Positions 13,440 through 23,955 are shown, numbered from the stretch's first letter. The stretch: DNA of 64,000 nt from Mercenaria mercenaria (GCF_021730395.1 NC_069372.1:62975754-63039753); one strand, 5' to 3'. Notes: generated by a model not told the origin, from the sequence alone. Translations and numbers: made by a program.

Positions 13440-14680
13440 AGAGTTGCCACAGGAGTGACGAATCATACCCCCACAATATGGCCTTGTCATAGAACTAAGC
13501 CAATGTCAAAGCCAAACTTGCTTGACCTTTGACCTACTGACCTCAAAATCAATAGAGGTCATCTGCTGGTCATGATCAACCTCCCTATGAAGCTTCATGA
13601 TCCTCAGCCCAAGCGTTCTCAAGTTATTGTCCAGAATCCAGGTCACTCTGACCTTTGACCTCTGGAAATCGAAATCAATACGGGTCATCTGCTGGTCATG
13701 ACCAACCTCCCTTTTAAGTTTCGAAATCCTAGTCTCAAGCGATCTGCACTTATTGTCAGAAAACTGTTTAAATGTTCCTGATCACTGTGACCTTAACCTG
13801 TGACCTACTAACCTCAATATCATTAGTGGTCAACTGCTGGTCATAACCAACCTCCCTATCAATTTTCTTGATCCTAGACCCAAACGTTCTCATGTTACCA
13901 TCCGGAAACCGTTTAACTGTTTTGTGTTATTGTGACTTTGACCTTTGACCTAGTAATCTCAAAGTCAAACTTGACCTGTATTTTATTAGTTACACCTGTG
14001 TACAAAAATTCATGATCCTAGACCCAAGCATTCTCAAGTTATCATACGGAAACCGTTTAACTGTTCTAAGTCACTGTGACCTTGACCTCTGGCCGACTGA
14101 CCTCAAAGTCGAACTTGACCTGTACTTGATGATGTTATACCTGTGTTACAAAAATTATGATCCTAGGCCCAAGCATTCTCAAGTTATCATCCGGAAACTG
14201 TTTAACTGTTCAGGGTCACTGTGACCTTGACCTTTGACCTACTGACCCCAAAGTCGAACTTGATCTGTATTTTCTGATGTTACACCTGTGTACCAAAAAA
14301 TCATTTAAATCGGTCAAGCCTTTCATGAGTTATCATCTGGAAAGCATTTAACTGTTCCGAGCCACTGTGACCTTGACCTTTGACCTATGGACCTCAAAGT
14401 CGAACTTGACCTGTATTTCATGATGTTACACCTGTGTAATAAAAATTACGATCCTAGGCCAAAGCGTTCTCAAGTTATCATCTGGAAACCGTTTAACTGT
14501 TCAGGGTCACTGTGACCTTGATCTTTGATCTACTGACGCCAAAGTCAAACTTAACCTGTATTTTCTGATGTTATACCTGTGTACCAAAATTTATTTAAAT
14601 CGATCAAGCCTTTCAACAGTTATCATCCAGAAACCATAAAACCAACGGACCGACAGACAAGCTCACTCCTATATACCCTC
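13440..14680. mobile_element. Helentron/HINE-like non-autonomous element carrying a ~145-bp satellite (gaccttgacctttgacct family) and a 3' (ACNG)n microsatellite tail
   Basis: 5' flank 'actagagttgccacaggagtgacgaatcataccccc', tandem units, 3' 'accaacggaccgacagacaagctcactcctatataccc'. The same flanks and array recur at 34035-34990. ORFs inside are artifacts. Confidence 0.6.
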
Positions 14681-15161
14681 CAAAACTTCGTTTTTTTGGG
14701 GGGTATAATCAGGGACACTGCTTGACCAGAATATATTATGTGTACGCTTAGACTGAAAGGGCTGTCTGGGTTGCATTTTTAAGGTTTTATCTTACAATGA
14801 GAGTTGTCCATAAGACAGATGAGGCTCAATTATTTAATAAATTTATCACAGTGTAATGAAACTGATATATGAACATTTGAACAAATTTGAGAAAGAAAGG
14901 GGTCCATGCAGAGAAGTTGTCTGTCATAAAGCACCTATCAGCAAACAATCCCTTTATCTTTTTGATAAAGTCAACATCCATGAAGTTTATACTTATCATA
15001 TATCTAGTGTAGTCAGAGTGATACAATTGTCAGTACAGCTTTAATCACTGAAAGTGTCAATACTACATGTATGATTAAATCACTGATAAAAATCATTCTG
15101 TAAGAAATATATCTATCATGTTGGAATATATGACCTTGGACTTAAGAAGACATTGTACATT

Positions 15162-15168
15162 TATAAAA
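15162..15168 (+). promoter_or_regulatory. TATA-like box (TATAAAA) ~45 bp upstream of the cGLR ATG
   Basis: ttTATAAAAtc at 15161-15170; the ATG at 15209 sits in a strong Kozak context (aaagATGG). Confidence 0.35.
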
Positions 15169-15208
15169 TCATCACTTTTTATGCTGATATTTAAGAAAAT
15201 TTATAAAG

Positions 15209-15229
15209 ATGGGATGTGCATCATCTAAG
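15209..15229 (+). CDS. cGLR micro-exon 1 encoding MGCASSK (predicted N-myristoylation Gly2 and palmitoylation Cys3)
   Basis: ATGGGATGTGCATCATCTAAG followed by a gtagaa donor. A 57-nt intron ends at the acceptor tgtgtgtttaag|ATATCAG and joins in frame (phase 0) to the Mab-21 ORF. The GTG 'start' of the ORF track has no eukaryotic ATG. Confidence 0.45.
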
Positions 15230-15286
15230 GTAGAAAATAACCTTGATATACCTAAATGAAGTATATGAAAAGAGTGTGTGTTTAAG

Positions 15287-16228
15287 ATATCAGATGAAGA
15301 AGTTAATTTCATTCAGGATGGGATAGAAACTCTTGTTCATGAAATAGCTAATGAAATATATAAAGATGAATCTTTTCAAGCTAAAATGAATAAGTATTTA
15401 ATAAAGGCCTTGGGAGAGGGAGGAGTGAGACAGCTTATTACTGGTGTGGGTAGTTTTTATGAGAAAACAAAAAATAGTTTTCCAGATGAATTTGACTTCA
15501 TTTTTCTTCTTGGAACATTTACTCAAATTTACACTTGGTCATACTTAGATATGAACATTTTTTTTACAACAATAACAGAATTAGTAAAAGATGACGAACA
15601 TAAGATTCATAAAAGTAGAAAAGCCTTCACCAGAGTAATAAACCGAACCTGTGAGCTTTATTTTCTCTCAAGCTACTACAAGACAGGTCCAGCAATAAGT
15701 TTACTATTTCGGTATCAGAATGGAATTGATAAAGAGAGAACTATAAAAGTAGATCTTGTGCCTGCTTTTGCATTTCCAACAATACATTGTAAACAGATTC
15801 AACGGAAAATAAATGATATTTGTCCACTGAGACCATTCTGCAAGAAGATATTATCTACAGGATCTTGTTTACAAGTTTACAAAAGAGGAACGACAGTTAC
15901 TGAAACTGAAGTAAATTTCATGAGAAATATCATGTCAAAAAATCATGTGGAAGTGTACCGGATCCTCAAGTATCTCATAAATGGACATGGCGATGGTGAA
16001 AAACTAGAAAATCATTTACTTCATACAGAAAAGAAACACTATTCCTCCTACAAGATTAAGACAATGATGATCTATCATCATTATAAGTGTATAAATCCTG
16101 ATTCTGCAGATATTGGACCTTGTGTCTTACAGGTGCTAAATGAAATCTGTAAATACAAGCATACAGACACTTTTCCTTCAATAGTTTCAATTCAAAAGTC
16201 TTTTGTGGAGAAATATAGGCGTGTTTGA
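15287..16228 (+). CDS. cGAS-like receptor (cGLR) / Mab-21-type nucleotidyltransferase, main exon (~313 aa)
   Basis: 'ITGVGSFYEKTKNSFPDEFDFIFLL' matches human cGAS '[24 protein letters not shown]' (GS motif plus the [DE]h[DE]h acidic pair). 'KVDLVPAFAF' supplies the third catalytic Asp. The N-terminal helix 'EEVNFIQDGIETLVHEIANEIYK' resembles the cGAS spine helix and 'VYRILKYLIN' resembles cGAS 'CLKLMKYLLEQL'. There is no H(X5)CC(X6)C zinc thumb. Stop codon at 16226-16228. Confidence 0.85.
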   Translation: MSDEEVNFIQDGIETLVHEIANEIYKDESFQAKMNKYLIKALGEGGVRQLITGVGSFYEKTKNSFPDEFDFIFLLGTFTQIYTWSYLDMNIFFTTITELVKDDEHKIHKSRKAFTRVINRTCELYFLSSYYKTGPAISLLFRYQNGIDKERTIKVDLVPAFAFPTIHCKQIQRKINDICPLRPFCKKILSTGSCLQVYKRGTTVTETEVNFMRNIMSKNHVEVYRILKYLINGHGDGEKLENHLLHTEKKHYSSYKIKTMMIYHHYKCINPDSADIGPCVLQVLNEICKYKHTDTFPSIVSIQKSFVEKYRRV

Positions 16229-16289
16229 GGAAATATATTTTTTATCACTTGCAATGGATTTACAGAAAATGCAAGAACAGAAAGTTGGT

Positions 16290-16880
16290 TATGATTATGA
16301 GAAGTGCAAAATCAAACAATCAGTTTCTGCACAATATGTAGATTCAGTTTTATGAGAATAAATCAAAATAAAACTAGAGATGCTTTTGAGAAAAGCGCAT
16401 GTCTCCCACAACTGCCTAATCATCTTGCGCATGTGCTTTCGTGCACCCAAAACGTACCCTATACTACATATTTCACATGCGCTTTCATGCAGGCAAAACA
16501 CACCCTATACTACTAATTAGTAGTATAGGGTACGTTTTGCCTGTATGAAAGCGCATGCGAAATGAGGATTTTTCTGTAATTCAAGGGCCATAATTCCAAA
16601 GTGCTTGAGCTGATTTGGCTAGTTATCAAACTTAGGCGAGGTCTTATGGTCAGACACATTTTGTTTAAGTTTGGTAAAGATCGGGCAAGAAATGTTCGAC
16701 TTAGAGTGCGGACAAGCTTTGTGACAGACAGACAGACAGACAGATACACAGACTGGAGTAAATCAATATGTCTCCCACACCACTGTGTGGTGGGAGACAT
16801 AATGAATTCAGAAAGGAGAGGAAAATCTCTTTCTTTTACAAAATGAAAGGAAAATGTTGGGGGACCAGGCAAATCTGCTG
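16290..16880. mobile_element. MITE/HINE-like element immediately 3' of the cGLR gene
   Basis: Contains a 48-bp perfect palindrome centred at ~16515 and a (GACA)5 microsatellite. The terminal motif 'atgtctcccaca' at 16397 is inverted at 16787-16801, forming a perfect 33-bp palindrome at 16769-16801. Confidence 0.5.
16357..16362 (+). promoter_or_regulatory. Candidate polyadenylation signal AATAAA for the cGLR gene
   Basis: AATAAA lies ~130 nt downstream of the stop codon. Confidence 0.35.
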
Positions 16881-18215
16881 CTTGAGCATGTGGTGTTTCA
16901 CTGTATTATTGAAATGGCTTAGAAATATGTTATGGCTAATCTATAGCTCTGATTTCAGAGACAAACGTGAATGCTTTGGGCAAACTATAATTTGCTCAGC
17001 CTCAATGAGTTAATTGAAAACTGTTGTAAATTATTCTTCCAGTTATATGAGTGAGCACTTTTTAATATAACATATTATTAGTAGTACTTTTTTCTTTTTG
17101 TAACCTAGATTTCAGATATAAACCTGTTTGCATGCACATTTTTGCCAACAAAGTGACTGTATAATTCGAGGCCTTAATATGAAACTAGCCTAAGTGTACA
17201 TAAGTAAAGAAGCAGATAAACTAGTTTTGCATTGAACCCACAAAATACTAATAGCTGACAATGGGCCAAAGCAACAGCCCATTCTCAGAACTTGAATTAA
17301 CTAAGTAAGTTAGTAAATGCTAATCTTCCATAGGGCACTCTTTTGAAGCATATATATACATATGTAAGAACATATATTAAAAAAAGTTTTTAAGGAAATA
17401 GAAGAATCCTTTTGAATTTGTGCATTTGAGTTATTCCTCATTTGGTTTCAAATTACAAACAATATGGCATCATTTGACATCATCAATAGAAACAAGGAAG
17501 AATCGCTGTGAATAAATGACATCTAATTTACTTACAAAAGAAAACTGATTTGATATCATTGCTAAACATCTCTGTGTAGTATAATCTTTTATTTGTTTCT
17601 GTTTAGTAAGGGTTTAAGCTGTCTTATAAAAATCATATCTTTTTGTTTTTACTGACCACACTGTCCGTAAACATTTTGAAAAATGGAAATAATTTACATT
17701 TCGGGAACTTTGCTCCCCACAAATGTCAATAGTGACTACTTGGTACAATCTCTTTGCCTAAGAGTAAGATGTATGTGTTTATGTACCTGATGTTCCCTCG
17801 GCTAGCAATGTTCGTAACGATAATATGTCATTATATCTACTTACATTTGCCTCACCTCTTGGACAGATTTTGCATATGGATATTTCTATGACATCATTCT
17901 GCTCTCAGATTTGTTCTAACAACTGACTGTATAGATCAATACAACTTGATCTAAATTGTCTGAAGCATCATTTCGACTAACTAGTATGATAACATACCTG
18001 AATGAATGTAAATCGAACATGTGTATGCCATCAGAATGATATTGAATTTACCATTACCTGTGATCATTAACATCAGCGCAGGGAGAACTTTGCATGTACT
18101 GGTGCAAAACACCTGGGATGTTAAAGAACAAGCCTGCCTATTCATAAAGAGCTAGGCTAAGTTTGTCAGATATACCTGTACCCAAAAGGTTCTCTTATCC
18201 TGCTTAAGTTATTAA

Positions 18216-18800
18216 GTGGACAATGTCAATTTTTGTACTTTTAAAGTATTTCCTGGGTATCAAACTTGCCTGAGATATTATGCCTATGAACATTGTGACC
18301 AAGTCTGGATAAGAACTACTCAAGTTATAGAGCAGACACTGCAAATATTTTCAATTTTAAGTACTCCAAGGGCCATAACTCAAGGCCTTCGGTATCTGGC
18401 TGGTCACAGAAACTGCCCATGACATAATGCCCAAAACATTGCTGCTAAGTTTGGTGACCATTGGATAAGAACTGCTTAAATTAGAGATGGGACACTGTCA
18501 GTTTTCACAATTTTGAGTAATTCAAGGACCATAACTTTAGAAAGACTTTGAGGATCAAGCTAGCTATCCACCTTGGCCAAGATATTATGCTCATAAACAT
18601 TGTGACCAACTTTGGTGAACACTGGATAAGAACTGCTCAAGTCAGACAGCAGACACCGTCAATTATTGCAATTTTGAGTAGTTCAAGGGCCTTAACTCCA
18701 GAGTCACAAGGATAATCCAGCTATTTATCCAACATGGCCAAAATGGTGTGCCTATAAACACTGTGACCAAGTTTTGATAAGAACTTAAGTGGACACGGAT
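18216..18800. repeat. ~190-bp satellite x3 (gtgaccaa...ggataagaactgctcaag...ggccataactc family) ending in the hairpin ggacacggatagtccacctgtccg
   Basis: Three tandem units read directly from the sequence. Confidence 0.7.
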
Positions 18801-19435
18801 AGTCCACCTGTCCGTTGCAGGTATTCCCATAACATGTGTAGTTTAACAGGCATATAAAAAGTTGAGATATAAATCTGGTATAATATAATATTTCATTTTA
18901 TGGAACAATACAACCACTAAATCAACGGAAATTAGTTTCATGGTACCTGTAACTTCTCAACATAACCCACTGGCATGCTTAGAAATTGCCTCGTCTGGTT
19001 ACAGACAAGATTTATCTATTTCATTTTTTTTTAATTTCCTTAAATTCTTTTTTCTTTTTATTATATTGCAAAATTCTTCTCATCTCCCAAGTATCTATGT
19101 CTTGATGAGAGAAGGGACATAATAATGAAAAATCTGAATGGCTTTCATAGCTATCTCCTACGAACAAAGCAAAGAGTCTGAATGCAGTCTCAAATACTGT
19201 GCATTACAACATTCCTACATTTTTAGCAGCAAAGGATTGGGATGTTCTTAAATTATACTTTGAACACAAAATATGACAGACGGACAGATGCATGCATGCA
19301 CCATTATTAAATATGTCCTGTTTTTCTGAAACAAGACTTTTTAAAAAATATTTCTAAACATGCTGTTCTGAAGGAAGGTGCTAATACTGGGTTTATGTTG
19401 CTTTAATGTTATTTTATTTGTTGTTGTAAACAAAC

Positions 19436-19566
19436 CTTGGCAACCATATCCATCATTTTGCCTCTGATATGTACACTCTTGAGAGGAATGTGTTCTTTCT
19501 TGTTTCCCTGTAGTCCAGCTTTCACCTTGGCTAAAGGATCTGGGATATCTTTAACATCCGTTATAT
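19436..19566 (-). CDS. PARP4: PARP4-like linker exon between catalytic and VIT domains (DITDVKDIPDPLAKVKAGLQGNKKEHIPLKSVHIRGKMMDMVAK)
   Basis: Aligns to PARP4 'TKAGLQDASGNLVPLEDVHIKGRIIDTVAQ'. Acceptor ttttag|, donor GCCAAG|gtttgt. Phase 1 in matches the upstream exon, phase 0 out matches the VIT exon. Confidence 0.7.
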
Positions 19567-19596
19567 CTAAAATATAAACAAAGAAGGAAATGAAGT

Positions 19597-20190
19597 GCTA
19601 TTGAGCTAGCTTTTACAGCGATGTAGTAGTGTCTGATTCCTGGGTTTGATTTTCGGTCTGGGCTGAAGTATTTTCAGCCTGTTAAATTTGACACCCAATG
19701 TAAATAATGAATAGACACCTTGGAACATCCCACAGAGGTTCAAACTCCTGGAATTCGAAAATGAATTCTAAAATGGAGGGAGTGTATGGAGTAGGGTAGA
19801 GTTTAAGGTTGCACTCTTATACTTCCTTGCTATTGAGCTAGCTTATAAAGTGATGTGGTAGTGTGTCCGCCTTAGGCGTTAGAGGTCCCGGGTTGGATTT
19901 CCAGTCAGGGATGAAGTACTTTCAGCCAGTTACTTTTGACACCCAACATAAGCAAGTCATGAGTTTGACACCTATGAACGTCCCACAGAGGTTCAAACTC
20001 CTGGAATTCCAAGATGAATTCTAAAATAGAGGGGGTGTATGTAGTGTGGTAGAGTAAAAGGGTGCACTTAAACTTTCGTGCTACTGAGCTAGCTTTTAAA
20101 GCAATGTTGTAGAGTTCCACCTTAGGTGTGACAGGTCTCGGGTTCAATTCCCAGTCAGGGCTGAAGTATTTTCAGCCTGTTACATACACT
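19597..20190 (+). mobile_element. Tandem array of 2.5 tRNA-derived SINE-like units (~240 bp each)
   Basis: Each unit starts 'gctattgagctagctt...gtggtagtgt...gggttggatttccagtcaggg', a B-box-like GGTTCRANYCC motif. Units are head-to-tail at ~19597, ~19829 and ~20080 (the last truncated). Confidence 0.6.
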
Positions 20191-21249
20191 TTAACATCAA
20201 AATTGAGTGGCATACTGAGGGAAGAAGTTTCACATTTGGAAATCTTTGCAAAAATAAGATAAACTAAAGCAAGGTCATCATAGCCTAAACACACTCACCT
20301 GACCTTTTGACTTTAAAATATCTCAAAACACAGTTTTTCCAAAACATAATAAAAATGAAAATAGTCTTCAAACATGTAAAAATGTTGGATTCTTTTATCT
20401 TGAATAACTTTTTTGTGATGTATAGTTTGTAAATATTCATAATTCACAACATTTGAGTTGCCTGAGTGGCTCAGTCATTTATGTTGCTGACATTAAATCA
20501 TCTGCTTCTCACCTTTGTTGGTTTAAGCCATGAGTCTGTATACATCAATGTTTAAAGTCTAAAACATAGTCTTAAGAATAACAAATACTAAATTTGAAAG
20601 AGCTCTGGTAAATTTAAACAGATGAAAGTGTGCAGTGTCTGTAACTGCAGGTAAAACATTTATGCATTCTCACTACAATCTGTGCTATCATGTTGAAGTA
20701 TAAGACTAAATTTCAGACTTTAAATTTTGATAAGCACATGTACGTGCTCAGCTCATGTCATCATGTGAGACAGCCATCCAGCTGTCTTGCAGAAAATCAG
20801 TGGTTCTACCCAGTTGCCTACTTGTGTTCAGTTTAATGCCTGAAGGGGCACTGGGATGTTTTTCTACCTTTAAAAGCTGGAATGTCTCCATATGACCTGT
20901 AAAAAGAGCAGACCCGATGGTCCAACAGGAACATAGTCTAACTATGAAAACAGGGATCTTGAGCCTCCAACTCAAAATAACTAACATTGGGATAAGAGTC
21001 CAGCATATGGGTGCTTTACACCAGGCACACAAAAGAACCAGGAAAGCTTCTGGGATTGGAGCCTTTTCTGTATCTAGCACTATCCTCCTACTAAATGAAC
21101 CAACTGTCTTCTTGAGGAGTTGCCCATATAGGCTACTACTGGCAAGCATAAATAAGCTTACACACAAAACAACCTGGATTGTGTTGGAAAAAATTAAAAC
21201 CCATCAAAACATACAAACAGGAATCCTGTCCACTTCACAAAATATTTAC

Positions 21250-21433
21250 CAATATCTACTCTTGTAGGTTTGTTTTGAGGTAGTCCACCATCAGCAGTAT
21301 CTGTATCTTTAAGAAGCTGTATATCATTGTCAGTCATTGCTTTGTCTTCCTTTACAGTGTCTCCAGGAAGGGAAAACTCTACCAGGTATTTCATACACTG
21401 CTGACTTGCATTGTAAATGACAAATTCATTATC
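21250..21433 (-). CDS. PARP4: PARP4-like exon, end of ART catalytic domain with catalytic Glu (DNEFVIYNASQQCMKYLVEFSLPGDTVKED...)
   Basis: Aligns to PARP4 'DDEFVVYKTNQVKMKYIIKFSMPGDQIKDF', also PARP1 'NEYIVYD'. Acceptor ttttcag|, donor ATTG|gtaaat. Confidence 0.8.
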
Positions 21434-21999
21434 CTGAAAAATAGTACATACCTATCTTAGAGCAAGTTGTCAATTTATTAGTCGACTGTTTTTTTGGCAT
21501 GATAATTTAATTAAAAGGAATGGAACATACTTCCTCAAATGAATAAGATTTTGATTGCATACATAGAAGTTGTGTGTTCTCTTCCCATTTAAGCATTTTT
21601 CCCCCAAAAAACAGTTGCAAAAATGTAGAAAGTTTTTGAAATACGGAGGGACATAGTATTTTTGATGCAGGAAACAACCCATTGTAGGGGTCTAGCAACA
21701 CCGTGGCTGGAAGCCTAAAGCACTCTTAACTATAAGTTTCAAGACAGGTAAAGGATATAAATACTAATTAAAGGCTTGTTGCAGATTTTATGATGCACTT
21801 ATATCCAGTGGCTAGACTGTCCAGCAGATAGCTTTGTTGTTTTCTGTAAATCATATATTGAGAAAAATACAGAACAACTCAGATTCAACATTTTTAAGGG
21901 CTTTAGTGTAACTTGACCAGATATTAAAATTTTTCACTCCATATTTTAAGAAAACATTTTAAAAATGTTGCCAAGTTGTTAAAAAGAAAACAAGAGCAC

Positions 22000-22920
22000 C
22001 GCCTTGCGGGTGCTGACGCTCATCTGATTTTTTTGTATAACAGAAATATTGTCCTACCCATGATTTTCTAAGTCTAAAAAGGGCCATCATTCTTGCAAAA
22101 AGCAGGATAGAGTTATGTTTCTTGATGTACAGCATCCGCTTATGATGATGAAAAACTCTTGCAAGTTTTAAAGCAATAGCTTTGATAGTTTATGAGAAAA
22201 GCTGACTTAAACATAATACTCAACCAAGAAAACTGATTTTCTAAGTCCAAAAGGGGCAATAATTATTGCAAAAAGCAGGATGGAGTTATGTTTCTTGCTG
22301 TACAGGGTCAGCTTATGATGGTGAACAAGTGTTGCAAGTTTCAAAGCAGTAGTTTTGATAGTTTAAGAGAAAAAGTTGACCTAAACATAAAACTTAACCA
22401 AGAAATCTAATATTTTCTAAGTCCAAAAGGGGCCATAAATCTTGCAAAAAGCAGGATGGAGTTATGTTTCTTGCTCTACAGGGTCAGCATATGATGGTGA
22501 ACAAGTGTTGCAAGTTTTAAAGCAATAGCTTTGATAGTTTAGGAGAAAAGCTGACCTAAACATAAAACTTAACAAAGAAAACTGATTTTCAAAATCCAAA
22601 AGGGGCAATAATTCTTGCAAAAAGCAGGATGGAGTTATGTTTCTTGCTGTACAGAGTCAGCTTATGATGGTGAACAAGTGTTGCAAGTTTCAAAGCAATA
22701 GCTTTGATAGTTTAGGAGAAAAATTGACCCAAACATAAAACTTAACCAAGAAATCTGATATTTTCTAAGTACAAAAGGGGCCATAAATCTTGCAAAAAGC
22801 AGGATGGAGTTATGTTTCTTGCTGTACAGGGTCAGCTTATGATGGTGAACAAGTGTTCCAAGTTTCAAAGCAATAGCTTTGATAGTTTAGGAGAAAAGCT
22901 GACCTAAATATAAAACTTAA
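22000..22920. repeat. ~180-bp satellite x5 (ggggccataattcttgcaaaaagcaggatggagttatgtttcttgctgtacag family) inside a PARP4 intron
   Basis: Tandem units read by eye. The same family occurs in inverse orientation at 58380-58900. Flanked by the hairpin 'gagcaccgccttgcgggtgctgacgctcatctgat'. Confidence 0.8.
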
Positions 22921-23040
22921 CCAGGCAACGCCGACGCCGATCAAGTGATGACAATAACTCATCATTTTTTTTCTCAAAAAATCAGATGAGCTAAAAAAAA
23001 ATGGCATAGAATAAATTAAACATGAAAAGAATATAATCAC

Positions 23041-23224
23041 CATAAATGTACTAAGCTTGTCATCTGTAGACTGGACTCCCTGTACACTGTCAAACCCTTC
23101 AGGTGCTGCTGTAATATTTGAATCAGACTGGTACATTTCACAACAATGTCCCAGAGCTACATCACAAAGCAGCAAAAACCTGGTACCAGTCTGAGAATTT
23201 TCTGTGGAATACTGGGCACTTTTC
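23041..23224 (-). CDS. PARP4: PARP4-like catalytic exon (KSAQYSTENSQTGTRFLLLCDVALGHCCEMYQSDSNITAAPEGFDSVQGVQSTDDKLSTFM)
   Basis: Aligns to PARP4 'SIKYSHPGETDGTRLLLICDVALGKCMDLHEKDFSLTEAPPGYDSVHGVSQT'. Acceptor tttttccag|, donor ATG|gtgatt. Confidence 0.8.
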
Positions 23225-23856
23225 CTGGAAAAAGAAGCCATTCTCTACTAACAGAGCACCAAAACCCTAAGGACTAAATATATAAGAAAACATTTGTACC
23301 AGTCTGTAATTTTCTGAGAAATACAGAGAAATACACAAGTTTGTCATTAAGGCCCTGTACAGCTCAGCTGAAAAGGCCCAGTTTCCATCTTCATCGAAAT
23401 CCTTTAAAGACAACTGTTCTGATAAATGTTTCAGGAAGATTATGTAGAAAATGTTATCTCTAATGTGTTAACAAGTTTTTCTATTATTTGACCTACTGAC
23501 CTAATTTTGAAGCCCTGATGACCCAGTAAAAACCTTGTCAAAGATCATTCTGGCAAAGTTTCTGTAAGATTCAGACAAATCTGTGACTTCAAGACTTAGT
23601 GTACTAATGACAACTTTTGACATATGATGGACATATATCAATCACAAGAGCAACTGGTTAAAACTATAAGTAAAACAAAAATTTCGCCTTCAAACCTGCA
23701 TTTAGATAAAAACATTGCTTTGAAACTTTTAAAGGTTTAAATCAAAGGTTAACCTTACAATGCAAAGGTTCAAAATGAAAATAAAAACTAGCAGTCTTTA
23801 GAGCCAGTAGCTGGTACCTAACATAGGTCTGACTGTTAATCTATCACCAACTTTAC

Positions 23857-23955
23857 CTTGGATTATCAGAGAAGTATATTCCAGCTCCTAGGTTACCAAC
23901 ATCTGTCCTGGATACACCCAGTTTGTCTGTGACCATGTTAGGCAATAACAGACCT
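23857..23955 (-). CDS. PARP4: PARP4-like catalytic exon with catalytic Tyr (GLLLPNMVTDKLGVSRTDVGNLGAGIYFSDNPR)
   Basis: Near-identical to PARP4 'GLLLPKVVEDRGVQRTDVGNLGSGIYFSDSL'. Acceptor ttttcag|, donor CAAG|gtaaag; phase 2 in and out, consistent with both neighbouring exons. Confidence 0.8.

Noticed and set aside
15278-16228. ORF-track protein starting with 'M' at 15278, which could read as a stand-alone bacterial-style CD-NTase gene
   Set aside because: Position 15278 is GTG, not ATG, and the context is clearly eukaryotic: introns with GT-AG boundaries, PARP4 exons, SINEs. A spliced model from the upstream ATG at 15209 is preferred.
20748-21167. 139-aa minus-strand ORF with no recognisable domain
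   Set aside because: No homology, no splice-signal support, and it overlaps the PARP4 intron/exon boundary region. Treated as a chance ORF.
21194-21249. Apparent long C-terminal tail of the PARP catalytic ORF running to a stop at 21194
   Set aside because: A GTAAAT donor at 21250 and a phase-compatible downstream exon (19436-19566) show the tail is intronic read-through.
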